Notes under the pieces: model-generated
Told to the model about the DNA's origin: nothing
Database searches by the model: none
What the model saw: the letters and a program-made list of their open reading frames with translations, nothing else
Shown here: positions 9,831-23,234 of the stretch, one piece after another
How the letters are laid out: each line of letters begins with the position of its first letter
How positions within the stretch are numbered: position 1 is the stretch's first letter
Position numbers and translations under genes: made by a program
Assembly (NCBI RefSeq): GCF_004010195.1
Contig: NC_057728.1
Span: 42,274,469 to 42,338,468 of the forward strand
Direction of reading: 5' to 3'
Origin: Chiloscyllium plagiosum
Lineage: Eukaryota
Length of the DNA stretch: 64,000 bases

Positions 9831-12800
9831 AAAGTGTATGGAGCCAATGTAATACAGTAATCACAGGGAATTCTGATCTACATATTGTTATCACAAATGC
9901 TGTGGAGGAGAAATTCCTGGAATGCATACTATAGCAGTATGTTCAGGAACTCCTGGAGAACTGGCCATTTTTAATCCAGTTATGGTGAAATGAGAAAGCA
10001 TCTTCTGATCAGCAGCATTACTGCAAAGACTTTTCAAACCTGCTGATACAGCCTACTTCTTCCCAGATCTTTTGATCACAGCTGAATAAGAAATAATCAG
10101 AGCAGATATTCTGAGTTAAGTACAGCGAGTGTAAGAGAGTTGGGGAAAGCAGAGAGCATGTCCATTTTTACATCAGTAGTTGATGCATTCAGGTAGGTTT
10201 ATCGAGATCCAAGATGGATAATGAATGAGTGTGGATTAGTGGATGAATGAGGAGGTGTTGGTGGATTAGGAAAGTGGGCAAAGGTAGACAAGTTTGGTAG
10301 GTAGTTGGATGGTTGGGGAGTGTTAGTCTGGTGTTTGGGGGTTAAATTTAGATCAGGTTTACTCTTCAGATGTAGTGAAATTCACTGTCTTAAAAAATAA
10401 CATGTGACATTTACAGAGCAAGATGGTTTCAGAGCAATATTATAGTACAGCTGCCTATAAATTAGAAGAAAATAATTATATTAAATCTAAAATATTGAAG
10501 TTTTTCCTGCCTGCCCTTCTGCTCCACTTACCCCTCTTCTCTTTTCAACAGCATTAACACCTTCTGCAGTTTCAAAGAGGAATCATTGATCTCAAAATGT
10601 GAACAATCTTTCTGTCTCCACAGCTGTTGCCTGACATGCTGAGCTTTTGCAGCACTTCCTATTTTTATATTAGCATTGGTTTTTATTTACTGTTATTACT
10701 GGCTCAAACATTGCTTGGTGAAATCCATGGGTGACATGACCAGTCTGCACCTTTTATGTCAGAAATGTGATTACATCAAATTCTCAGAGTCTTACCATAA
10801 ACAGTTCAACTTCATGGTGTTTTCACTTGTAAGGCTCCATTATTGGGAAACGTATTATTATTTGGGAGGATATTCGGTTGGTCAGCTGGTTAGGAGGAGG
10901 TTAGGTGGTATTGGTTAGTTGGGTTGGGCAAGATTTCAGAGGGTAATTAGGTCTTTATGCAGGGTGGTCACATGGTTAGAAGCAGGCAGATGGCTTGGGG
11001 ATTGGGGTTGTCTGGTCTGGTCAGAGGCTTGTACAGGAGTCGGAGGATAGTTGGATTGTGAATGGTGCTTGCAGAGTAGTTGGATCTAGTCAGGGGGTGG
11101 TTGGAGCTCAGGGAATAGTCATGTGATATGGGGCTAGTTGGGGGGTAGTTAGCTGAAGAACACTGTTTGAAGGAGGCAGTCAGGTGGTCGGGTATTCGCA
11201 GGAATAGTCAGGTGATGGTGGAGGGATGCAAGTGCGGATGTTATCATGCTTGGCTGGCTCTGGAGTGATGGGTTGGGAGAAGGGGGCAGTTTAATGCTGA
11301 TTTATGTTACACCATCATTAGAACAAGTATTAAACAAAAAACTATTTCCTGGATAACATGCAGTTAAGTCCTGCTTATCTTGCCCAAATCTCCACCCTGA
11401 GCTTAAGATCAGGGACCTTCTGGAGGATTCCAGGCAGTAAGGAATCAGCTTGTTTAAACTTCTCACACACTACCTACGTATATATACCTCCATATGTCTA
11501 ATGCCTTCAGGATCCCAAAACACCCTTCAATGTCCCATCTTTGATGTTCTGGAAGATTTGGGATGGACTGTCTTTTACCCTCACATCTTTGACCCAGGTC
11601 TGAACTAGCTTCTCTTTAATCTACAGCTCTTAAGCAGAGAGAATATTTGATTGCATGGTTTCATGTCAAGGTTCTCATGCATTTTCCAACTTTTTAACTG
11701 ACTTATTCTGTCGGATTTATTCATTCTTACTGGGCTTTCTATCTTGGTGTCCTCTGAGTGCTCTCTCTGCATTTGTCACACCGAGACGCTTTCAAATTTT
11801 TTTTGTTGTATTCTGGACTGTAAGTAGGCATTCTTCTCTATTTTTTGCTTGTAAATATTCTGCTCCTAGCCATCATAGGGAAACTGAGAGTTGTTTCGCC
11901 TAGCAATTAGAAGATCAAATTTCTACTCAATATATCTGTGAAAAGCAAATTGACTAATGTTGCTAATGGCTTTTTGTCAGGTTATAATGACCCTGAGACT
12001 TCCAAGGTTGGGAGTTGTATTGTGATCTTGACAAGAGACAATGCCAATCTGCTGGTTAAGATTGATTAGAAGTCAGGTGCTAGGAGGGGGTATATGTCTG
12101 TCACTGCCTCCCCAATAAATCCGGACGTTTCAAAGCTTTCTTCTTTTGATACTCCCTGAAGGCGTATTTCTACCCAGAAGTATGTTTTTTTAAAGTGAAT
12201 AACAGTGGCACTAATGTGAAAATGAGTTGTTCCTTCAGAAATTCTTACTCAAAAATAGCTCCCCTTTAAATGCTCACTTCCCGAAAGCCCAGAACAAACC
12301 ATCCCCCAAGGCATAATTTATGTTGATGAGATCAAAGCATCACAAAATCATGGTGACAATCAACAGGAAGCTGCAAGTATGTTGAGAAACATCTTGGCCT
12401 CAAATTTGTTTGATATTATCAACACTTATTTGGCATGAGAATTGAATTTGTACTCACTGAGCTTCCAGATTGTGTAGGTTTCCATCCTGTTATGGCTGCT
12501 GTGCCAATTCATTCAGATCTGGGCCTTTCTGGCTGCCTATACCAGTGTTATTACCTCCTTATTAAAATATATTATATGTCCCTAACGCACGATAAGTGCT
12601 CGCATTGCATTCAGGGCAAATCAAAATGAAGTGTAAGAAATGTACATCCTACTGGCATCATCTCATACTGGCATAAATGCTCTATGATAAAAACATTGTA
12701 ATAAATAGAAAGATTAGGACTTTCAAGTGGCTTCCGTGGGTAGGCTGATGTGAGTATAGTCTTAATATATGAAGCATCAGAATATTGCAAAATGTTTCAT

Positions 12801-13202
12801 GCTTTGAGTTATAAAAACATCTGCAGATAGCTACATAGTAAATCAATTACTGGTAAGGAGCATGGATTTTTCTTCAAAAATTAGATTTGATCTTTGACTG
12901 CTTTGGGAGTAAAGTGGAAATAATTCTAAAAACCATTGTATTCATTAACTATGAAGGAACTGAGGGTAGAGTCATAGAGATGTACAGCACTGAAACAGAC
13001 CCTTCAGTCCAACTCATCCATGCTGACCAGATATCCTAATCTAATCTAGTTCCAGTTTCCAGCACTTGATTCATATCCCTCTAAACCCTTCCTATTCATA
13101 TACCCATCCAGATGCCTTTTAAATGTTGCAATTGTACTAGTCTCCACCACTTCCTCTGGCAGCTCATTCCAGACATGCACCACCCTCTGCATGAAAAGGT
13201 TG

Positions 13203-14197
13203 TGAAGGGTAGGTCTTGCCTTACAAGTCTTATTGAATTCTTTGAGGAGGTGACCAAGCATGTGGATGAGGGTAGAGCAGTGGATGTAGTGTACATGGAT
13301 TTTAGTAAGGCATTTGATAAGGTCCCCCATGGTAGGTTTATGCGGAAAGTCAGGAGGCATGGGAGAGAGGGAAATTTGGCCAATTGGATAGAAAACTGGC
13401 GAACTGGTCGAAGTCAGAGAGTGGTGGTAGATAGTAAATATTCAGCCTGGAGCCCAGTTACAAGTGGAGTTCCGCAGGGATCAGTACTGGGTCGTCTACT
13501 TTTTGTCATTTACATAAATGATTTGGATGCGAGCATAAGAGGTACAGTTAGTAAGTTTGCAGATGACACCAAAATNNNNNNNNNNNNNNNNNNNNNNNNN
13601 NNNNNNNNNNNNNNNNNNNNNNNNNNNNNNNNNNNNNNNNNNNNNNNNNNNNNNNNNNNNNNNNNNNNNNNNNNNNNNNNNNNNNNNNNNNNNNNNNNNN
13701 NNNNNNNNNNNNNNNNNNNNNNNNNNNNNNNNNNNNNNNNNNNNNNNNNNNNNNNNNNNNNNNNNNNNNNNNNNNNNNNNNNNNNNNNNGAGAGGAAGTC
13801 GTACGAGGCTAGGTTGAGAGTTCTCGGCCTTTTCTCGTTGGAACGGCGAAGGATGAGGGGTGACTTGGTAGAGGTTTATAAGATGATCAGAGGAATAGGT
13901 AGAGTAGACAGTCAGAAACTTTTTCCCCGGGTGCCACAGAGTGTTACAAGGGGACATAAATTTACGGTGAAGGGTGGAAGGTATAGGGGAGATGTCAGGG
14001 GTGGGTTCTTTACCCAGAGAGTGGTGGGGGCATGGAATGCGCTGCCCGTGGGAGTGGTAGAGTCGGAATCATTGGCGACCTTTAAGCGGCATTGGATAGG
14101 TACATGGATGGGTACTTAATCTAGGTTAGAAGTTCGGCACAACATCTTGGGCCGAAGGGCCTGTTCTGTGCTGTATTGTTATATGTTCTATGTTCTA
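13203..14197 (+). mobile_element. CR1 LINE RT-to-3' fragment spanning an assembly gap
   Basis: [44 protein letters not shown]; (ATGTTCT)n tail. Confidence 0.9.
13576..13789. other. Assembly gap (214 N)
   Basis: Run of n characters. Confidence 1.
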
Positions 14198-17100
14198 TGC
14201 CCCTTAGGTCCCTTAAATCTTTCCCCTCTTACCTTAAACCTATGACCTCTCATTTTGGGCTACCCCACCCAGGGAAAAGACTTTGTCTATTTATCCTATC
14301 CATGCCCCTCATGATTTTATAAACCTCTATAAAGTCAACCCTCAGCCGCAGATGCTCCAAGGAAAACAGTCCCAACCTATTCAGCCTCTCCCTGTAGCTC
14401 AAATCCTCCAACCCTGGCAACATCCTTGTAAATCTTTTCTGAACCCTTTCAAGTTTTACAACATCTTTCCTATAGCAGAGGGGTCAGAATCGCATACAAA
14501 ATTCCAAAAGTGGCCTAACCAATGTCGTAGCAACAGCAATGATTTACTACAAGTAAGTTAATTCAGAAGACATTAAATTCTAACTAGCATGCTGCTGCCT
14601 GCTCTGTCTGGTGGAAAATTAAGTTACCACTCCACTTAACTTTTATAATACTAGATAGTTTCATCTAATCGAATAGGACCTGTGACATATCACTCTCTCT
14701 AGCATCCAGGTATGCACTCTTCAAATCACTGAAAAGAGCTTTCAGACAGCAGGTGAATTCAATACGTTTTTTATGGTGGCCAGACAGTATTGTGTCGACT
14801 TTCGGCAGACTATAGTCAGTCCCAAAGTGCTGTATATATAAGATAATATTGACAGCAAGCTTCAGGAATAAAATACCTTCTACTCACTGAATGTACAGAT
14901 GATATGTGATTAGAATCTTGTATATGAAAGCCGGATTTGCTTGAAGTTGCCAGAGCTTGGGAACTCTGTTCTCCCAGATCTTTTTAAGGAAGAATGGGAT
15001 GTAACCAGCTGACCTGTGGATGACAAAGTCTGTTTTTTTCATATTGGATTGAGGTCATGTTGTTTTATTTGGGACTGGAGACACTGGTGTTAAAAATGAA
15101 CTGGCGTGCACAAGGAAGACTTCTGTAATCAAATATGTTCTCATGTCTCTTGTAGTGATAATTGAGGAGATGCCCTGAATACAGGTCATCTTAAGATTTT
15201 CCTCTATATTGTCCTGCCTTTGAGGAAGTTAGGGTTGTATTCCTGACAGGTCTAATTCCAGGTTGTTTGTGAGTGAGGTCCTATATGGGATTGGAACAAG
15301 CCAATTCAGAGTGTAGCACAATATAATTTATAAATGGCTGATTTCTATTTCAATTCCACTAATCTGACTTAATTAATCAACCTTTAATATCCTTATCTAA
15401 CAAAAATCTGGCGATTAAACAAAGCTCGAAATCTGAAACAAAAACAGAAATTGCTGGAGAAACTCAGCAGGTCTGGCAGCATCCATGGAGAGAAAGACAG
15501 AGGTAACATTTTGAATACAGTGACCCTTTGTTAATGACAAAATAGGGTCTCCAATGAGCAAGGGGAAGGAGCAGCAGTGGGTAAAAACAATGACTGCAGA
15601 TGCTGGAAACCAGATTCTGGATTAATGGTGCTGGAAGAGCACAGCAGTTCAGGCAGCATCCGAGGAGCTTCAAAATTGACGTTTGACCTAGGGGCGGTGT
15701 TTAGACAGATTGTAGCTAAGGACAGGTGTTGTCTGCTTGTTAAACAGTGACTAGAATGTAAGAATACAGTTATACGTGCAAGAGATTATTAGCCATATTG
15801 TCTGTGTGCCATGAACAGCATGGCTTTGAAGCTGCTGAGGCAAAATATTGCCAATAAGGGGCATGCTGGATTACCAATACTTGTCTGGGTGCACAGCAGC
15901 CTTTCACAGGTGATGTAGGCGAAGGGATGCTGGTCATTTGGTAGATATCCAGTTAACAGTGAGTGGTTCAAGGAACAGCATGTGATAAGGTGGGGATGAA
16001 ATCGGACATGAGGAATGTCATAGGGATGGTGGAGGTAATTAATGAGTGTGGTTGGTAAGATGTGGTGAGAAATCTCACAAGGCCTCTTGTCTCAAGCTTG
16101 ATGCAACTTACACTTAGGCCAAAAAAAATTGCCTCTATTTTCTGTTAGCATTTTCAACTATTTTTGCACCAGTTTAATAGCTTTTTGTAATTTTAATATA
16201 TTGGCCCCTAAATCTCTCTCTTCCTCCAAAGATTGTTGCTTCTTAATACATAGAAAATGTTTTGACCTTTCTATTTTGGATTCAAAAGTGGAAAACCTCA
16301 TTCTTGCATTTACTATCGTTTTGTCGATTAGTTGGATTGATCGATGTCCCTTAGGACCTTTCTGCTCCCATACATTGCTACATTACTCATTAAATTTAAT
16401 GAGTAGTTTTCACAAAAAAAAGTAGTTCAAATCTCCAGAGGAAACTTGTCACATTCTGTCAGTTGGAGTAGGTACCCACTATCTCTTGGTTATGTCTCCT
16501 GTCTTTCCAACTAACTATCTGTCCAAGTAATGGATAACCTCCAATTCCATGCAGTTTCATTTTTGTTAACCGTCTCTTGCATTGAGCCTTAGTAACTGCC
16601 TTCTGTAAGACGATATAAAAGGCTTCATTAGACACATATACCTGACTTGAATGACCTCATTCAAAGAATAGCAGCTTACCTTACTTAGCCTTCCCTAAAT
16701 AAAATGCTGGTTCTCTCTAATCAATTCATATTTGTCCATGTTCTGACTAGAGGTTAGGCTTCATTTCAAATAAAACTTTTCTGGAGCGCTAAGAATATTC
16801 CTTCTACCCCTGCACTCTGGAACTTGATCTTGTCCAGGTAGATATTTTCTATATCGACCTGCTCAGAGACATTATCACACATTTCTACAGCAGGTGGAAA
16901 CCCAGGCTTCCTGGCTCAGAAGTACAGACTGTCACTGGGCCAAAGTGCCCTTACCATTTCTGCAGGTATTATTGCACACCCAATTATTCAGATGAGGACT
17001 AATTTCTGTGGCTCTTGTGCCTTGTGGTTTGAACACATACTGTTAGTATCTCGGTTGCATGTTTGTACAGCCAACTAATTTGAACCAAAGTTTGTTTTGT

Positions 17101-17199
17101 ACCCGGATGTGTTTAAATTCAAGCTGTCCCTGGCCCTTTTCGTATTTACACATGCCATGCCTTCGGTTTTACTCTATTTGTAAGGATAATTGCAGCTGT

Positions 17200-17720
17200 C
17201 TGCCTTTAAGTTGGAAGTTCCGAGGAAGACTAACCGGACCCGAAACATTAACTTCTCTGCACAGATGCTGCCACATCTGCTCAGCTTTTCATTCTGTTTT
17301 CGTTTCTGAATCACTGCATCCGCAGTTCTTTCGGCTTTTTTTTTTAAAGCAGGCACTTCCGGGTTTGTTGCAATGGGTTCCAAATCAAAGTGAACGCGGT
17401 CGATGATAGACGGCACTGGCCTGCTTTAAACGCTGAGATGTTATGGCTCACACAGGCGAACAGCCGGTGAGTCCGCTTAGGTCCCTGCATTCAGACGAAG
17501 CCACTTTTGTTAAATTTGTTAATCGGACCTTGCGGACTGCAAGGCCTTGGTGGATTAATTTTGAAGGCGTTCCTCAGAACTATGATGATATTCCTCCTGG
17601 AGGAGCCCTGCATATGTGCACGTATCGGAGTAAGTAGCTGGGCATGAATGATGCAGAAACAGATATAGCTTTAAGATGTACCTAGCTCAAATAATCAGCC
17701 CTCTCTCTCTTTGACGCTGA
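17200..17720 (+). promoter_or_regulatory. CpG-enriched promoter-like region with ETS motif and candidate first-exon splice donor
   Basis: Visibly higher CpG density than the flanks; CACTTCCGGG (ETS/GABP-type) at about 17354; consensus donor CCG|GTGAGT at 17467. Confidence 0.5.
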
Positions 17721-18219
17721 GCGACATTTTTCTGCAGGAAATTGGATCAACCCTCTACCATTTCCCTGAAACTACTGAATCTACCTCGTGTATACTTACA
17801 AGTGGGCCCTGTATTTCAGTACTATATCGAGGTGAACATCACCTAGGACTGAAATGTAAAATACATGTATTAAATATCTGATCGAAAAATGTCGAATGTT
17901 CAAGGTGTATTTTTGTAATGGGTGTTATAATATCTGGGTGTTTTTTTAAAAGCCTGTTGTCGCCTAATTTGGATGCACATTTATTTCTTGTCTGGATTGC
18001 TGTAAATATTCAGAAAAATGGCAAGTCCAAGACTATATTTTGAAAGTATTAATTATCTGGGCAGCATCATGTGAACAAGCGATGGAGAAGATCATGGCTA
18101 AATAAGGACCAAGTTGAGAAGCTAATAAATAATCCAATGACATATTTATAATCCTAGTCAGCAGGTGAGAGGGTAGGGGTGGTGGTGCTTGTGACACACC
18201 CCTCTGAAAAGATAAAGTC

Positions 18220-18452
18220 ACCATGGTCTTACAGACCATAGGGCTTATCTTCCATCAGGAAGAGAGAGAGAGAGAGACAGAAGAAGAGATGAACTGGTAG
18301 TGTTGGTTGAACCTGAGGGTCACCATGCTTCAGGTAAGGAGTGAGGTTGAGAGGGTGAATGCTACATGTTAACCTCAGTCAGTGCAGGAATTGAACCCAT
18401 GTTGTTGGCATCATTCCACATCATAAACCAGCCATCTGGCCAAATGAGCCAT
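18220..18452 (-). mobile_element. Old tRNA-derived SINE
   Basis: Minus strand GCTCATTTGGCCAGATGGCTGG...GGGTTCAATTCC head followed by a CCTGAAGCATGGTGACCCTCAGGTT core. Confidence 0.6.
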
Positions 18453-19027
18453 TGAACAGATAATATGGGCTAAACTCAGAGTTTTTACACATGAGAGTAA
18501 GGCCTTCAGCCTGTTGTGCCTTTGCCAGTCCTCCAACATTTATCTATTCGAGCCCCATTTCCCAGCACTTGACCTTATATGCTATGGCATTTCAAGTACT
18601 CATCTAAATACTTCTTTAAATGCCTTGGGGTTCTGGCCTCTGCCACTCTTTTAGGCAATGAGTTCAGGATACTCATCACCCTCTTGGTGAAAATAAAATC
18701 CACAAATCCCCTCAAAACCTCCAACATCTTAACTTAAACATTGGTAAAGAAGTCAGCAGGACCCTTTTTGCTCAGCTGTGGCCGTCAAGGTAGCTCCCAA
18801 TTGAAGTGTTAGGAAAATAAAGATTAAAGAATCTTGAGATTATTTAGGGTGCACGAGTATCAATGTTTTGTAGAACTAAGCACTGTTCACACAAATATTG
18901 CACTTTGTGCTACTTTGGTGGGGCGTCTTCTCGCTGGTAAAACTTCTGATTTAGTTCTGTTTTTCTTCTAGCCAACCTTGAAGGATGCTGATGACTCCTG
19001 AACAGTCCAGGCAACAGAGGCACATTA

Positions 19028-21710
19028 TCATAGAGTCAACAGACCCTTCAGTCCCACTTGTCCATGCCGACCAAGTTTCCCAAACACATGCCTGCGTTTG
19101 ACTCATATCCCTCTAAACCTTTCTTATTCATGAATCTATCCAAATGTCTTTTAAATGTTGTAACCTGCACCTATCACTTCCTCTGGCAGTTCATTCAGCA
19201 CAAAAACACACAGAGTGAAAAAGATGCCCTTCAGCTCTCTTTTAAAATTTTCTCCTCTCACCTTTAAAATATGCCCCTGAATTTTGAACTCCCCAACCCT
19301 TGGGAAAGGACCTTTGCTATTCACCTTACCAATGCCCATCATGATTTTGTAAACACCTGTAAGGTCACCCCTTAACCTACTACGTTCCAGTGGAAAAAGT
19401 CCCAGCTTCTCCCTATAACTCAAAATGTCTTGGCAACATCCTGGTAAAACTTTTTTGAACCCGCTCCGATTTAATAATAATCTTCTTATAGTAGGGCAAC
19501 CAGAACTGTACACAGTACACCAAAAGTGGCCTCACCAACGTATTATACAACCTCAACATGATGTCCCAATTCCTATGCTCAAAGGACTGAGCAATGAAGG
19601 CAAACGTGTTAAACATCTTAGCTAACCTGTCTACCGAGAGTCATAGAGATATACTGCACAGAAACAGACCCATGGGTCCAACTTGTCCATGCCGACCAGA
19701 TATCCCAACCTCCTCTTGTCCCGTTTGCCAGCACTTGGCCTGTATCCCTCTAAACCCTTCCTATTCAGAGACCCATGCCTTTTAAATGTTGCAATTGTAC
19801 AATATCCACCACTTTCTCTGCCAGCTTATTCCAGACATGTACCACCCTCTGTGTGAAAAAGCTGCCCCTTTAATATCTTTACCTTCTCATCCTAAACCTA
19901 TGCCCTCTGGTTCTGGACTCCCCCACCCCAGGGAAAATACTTTCTCTATTTACCCTATCCATACCCTGCATGATTTTATAAACCACTGAGGTCACCCCCT
20001 CAGCCTTCAAAACTCCAGGGAAAACAGCCCCAGCCTATTCAGCCTATCTCAATTGCTCAAATCCTCCACCCCTAGCAATATCCTTCCGATAGGAAGGAGA
20101 CCAGAATTGCACGCAATATTCCAAAAGTGGCCTAACCAATGTCCTGTACAGCCACACCATGACCTCCCAACTCTTGTACTCAATACTCTGACCAATAAAT
20201 GAAAGCATACCAAACGCCTTCTTCACTACCTTATCTACCTGAAACTCCACTTTCAAGGAGCTATGAACCTGCACTCCAAGGTCTCTTTGTTCAGCAATAC
20301 TCCCGAGGACCTTACCATTAAGTGTATAGGTCCTGCTAAGATTTGCTTTCCCAAAATGCAGCACCTCGCATTTCTCTAAATTAAACTCCGTCTGCCACTT
20401 CTCAGCCCATTGGCCCATCTGATCAAGATCCCGTTGTAATCTGAGGTAACCTTCTTCGCTATCCACTACACCTCCAATTTTGGTGTCATCTGCAAACTTA
20501 CTATCTGTACCTCCTAGGTTCATATCCAAATCATATACATAAATGACGAAAAGTAGTGGACCCAGTACCGTTCCTTGTGGCACTCCACTGGTCACAGGCC
20601 TCCAGTCTGAAAAACAACCCTCCACCCCCACCCTTTATCTTCTACCTTGGAGCCAGTTCTGTATCCAAATAGCCAGTTCTCCCTGTATTCCATAGGATCT
20701 AACCTTGTCGAATGCCTTACTGAAGTCCACTAGATCACATCCACCATTCTGCCCTCATCAATCCTCTTTGTTACTTTTTCAGAAAACTCAATCAAATTCG
20801 TTAGACATGATTTCCCACGCACAAAGCCGTGTTGACGATCCCTAATCAGTCCTTGCCTTTCCAATTACATGTAAATCATGTCCCTCAGGATTCCCTCCAA
20901 CAACTTGCCCACCACCGACGTCGATAGACGCTCACTGGTCGATAGTTCCCTGGTTTGTCCTTACCACCTTTCTTAAATAATATTACCACATTAGCCAACC
21001 TCCAGTGTTCTGGCACCTCACCTGTGACTATAGATGATACAAATATCTCAGCAAGGTGCCCAGCAATCGCTTTCCACAGATTTCCAGGGTACACCTGAAC
21101 AGGTCCTGGGGATTTATCTATCTTTATGCATTTCAAGACATCCAGCACTTCCTCTGAATATGGACCTCTGATGCAACTTTCAAAGACCTATGTACCTGAA
21201 ATCCCAGGACTCAGTTTGACAACACTCCCCAGGGCACGACCATTAATTGTATAAGTGCTGCCCTTATTTACCAAAATGCAATAACCCCCATTTATCCAAA
21301 TTAAGCTACATCTGCCATTCCTCAGCCCCATTGGTCCAATTGATCAAGATCCCTTTGTAATCTTGGATAACATTCTTTACTGTCAACCAAATCACCAAAT
21401 TTGGTGTCATCCAAAAACATACTAGCTATGCCTCCAAAATTCTCATCCAATTCATTTATATAAACAAGCTTTTATTACAAACAAAAGTGGACCCAGCGTC
21501 AATCCCTGTGGAACATCACTGGCGCCAGGCCTCCAGTATGAATACAACCCTCTACCGTCACCCTCTGTCTCCTACCATCAAGCCAATCTTGTATCCAACT
21601 GGCAAACTTTCTCTTGAGTTCCATGTAATCAAACTTTACTAATTAGTCAACCATGAGGAACTTTATCAAAGGCTTTACAAAAATTATGTAAACAACATCT
21701 ACTGTTTGGC
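19028..21710 (-). mobile_element. Nested CR1 LINEs: a younger copy (about 19636-21165) inside an older copy (19028-19635 plus 21166-21710)
   Basis: ORFs 20044..20631 (SGVPQG, FADDTK, LVRPLLEYCVQFWSP) and 20885..21148 (KSPGP, PGNYRPVS); two separate 3' tails. Confidence 0.88.
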
Positions 21711-21714
21711 CACT

Positions 21715-22200
21715 GAATGCATGGACAGCATTGTTCTACTGTTCTTCATCAGTCAATAGGCTACACATTAGCCTTGTCTTCTGCTGGCACCCCTTGTTTG
21801 GAGATGATGCAGAGAAGCAAACCTTTTTGGCAACTGTGAATTGCATAGAATGTAAGAGTCATGATAGCTCCCTGGATAGCAGGAATAGATCAGCAGGATT
21901 TGTTATCTGTGGTCATAATTGAGCTAGAGGCTGAGAGAGAGAAATCCTTTCCTGCTCAGAAATTTGGTTGGATGATGCCAGGCAGCTCTGAGTGACTTGT
22001 ATCCAGTTGATAATTCCTGTGGTCTGATAGAACGAACTAATGGACATAAATCTGATGGCTTGAACTCCTTGACTCTCTAGGTCCATGGTGAACGGCACAA
22101 ATCGATGTGCTTTCCTGAGAAGAGCATCAGTAAGTTCACAATGCACTTGTGCACTTCCAATTTGGAAATGCCACACAAGGCCCTGAGTACAATTTAAGAG
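21715..22200 (-). mobile_element. Harbinger (HARBI1-like) transposase relic
   Basis: ELTDALLRKAHRFVPF, RKGFLSLS, CYPGSYHDSYIL, NKGC...RLM. Confidence 0.7.
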
Positions 22201-22869
22201 AAACTATTGGTGAGAAAGTATAATTCTGCTGTGATCTATAGTGCCACAGTCATAGTGCTTCCTCCCAAGCTATGTAGTTGCAGATGGGGCAGATCTAAGT
22301 GATGACCTGTCTAGTCATGCAAAGGTGTCTGCAGCATTGGCTAACCCTCATCTGCAGGCAGCTAAAAAAAGACCCTATTACGATACACTGCTCTACAGTG
22401 CTGGTGCTCTGCTTCACAGGCACTGCTGAATGCTCCACAGCTGCAGTCCCATGAGCCTCACTCAGGTCTCTGATGTTCTCTAGCCATTCCTTCACCTTTT
22501 TCTTCTTGTCCATAGGCTCACCAAAGCTGCTAGGTTTAACTGGTCAATTATTTCGCTTTGAAGTAAGGACTTGTGAACAAAAAGCAGGCAAAAGATGTTA
22601 AGTTTCCTTTTGAGAACTCACCTTAGTCCAATAATTGTTGGCCCTTATCAGGCTACTTCTGTATTAAATGTAAGTCTTGAGCATTGGAGTGCATTTCATT
22701 GTTTGAGCTCTGCAGGAGCTCATGCATACAGACCTTACCACCCTCCCATTTCTACTTCTGCAGTGAGTAACTAGATACTAATCTGACTGAAGATAAAAAT
22801 GGTGTGCTTAAATGTTTTTTATTTCTTTAACTGCAATCCTTCCTTTGTTCACTTACATTCTTTCCCCCG

Positions 22870-23234
22870 CTATTTGGTAAACGTGGTAAACAGATTGGAG
22901 GCCGGCGTGGGTAGGCGAGTCCTAGAGGTGAAACCCAGACTGGAGGCTGTTGTGAGGAGGCAAGGCCTTGAGTTTTGAAACCCAGCGTGGTCTTAAGACT
23001 TGGTCTGGATACTAGGTGCTGGCATAGATTGGGGTGGAAGGACTGTAAATCAAGTACTTTTTTTTCCTTGTTATGCTGGACTTTTATTTATTATTCTTTC
23101 AATTTTGTATCAAATACCTGAGCATCTGTACTTTGGTACTTGTACCTAAGGTGGAGCCATAAGCGGCAACATTGCAAGCTTTTCACTGCACTCATTCGAG
23201 TGCACATGACAATAAAGCTAATTCAATTCAATTC
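22870..23234 (+). mobile_element. Non-autonomous retroposon 3' part with TGACAATAAA-(AATTC)n tail
   Basis: Tail GCTTTTCACTGCACTC...CATGACAATAAAGCTAATTCAATTC. Related to 49550-50240. Confidence 0.5.

Larger units (their letters stand above)
12968..14530 (-). mobile_element. CR1 (HER1-like) 3' fragment split by an opposite-strand CR1 insertion
   Basis: 12968-13202 and 14198-14530 are contiguous when compared with the copy at 2828-3228 (gaaaaagttg|ccccttaggtccc). Confidence 0.85.

Noticed and set aside
13112..14119. 335-aa ORF as a gene
   Set aside because: Composite of an antisense CR1 tail, CR1 RT sequence and a run of Ns.
17582..17720. C/D snoRNA (ATGATGA at 17582, CTGA at 17717)
   Set aside because: No terminal stem, no convincing internal boxes and no recognisable guide.
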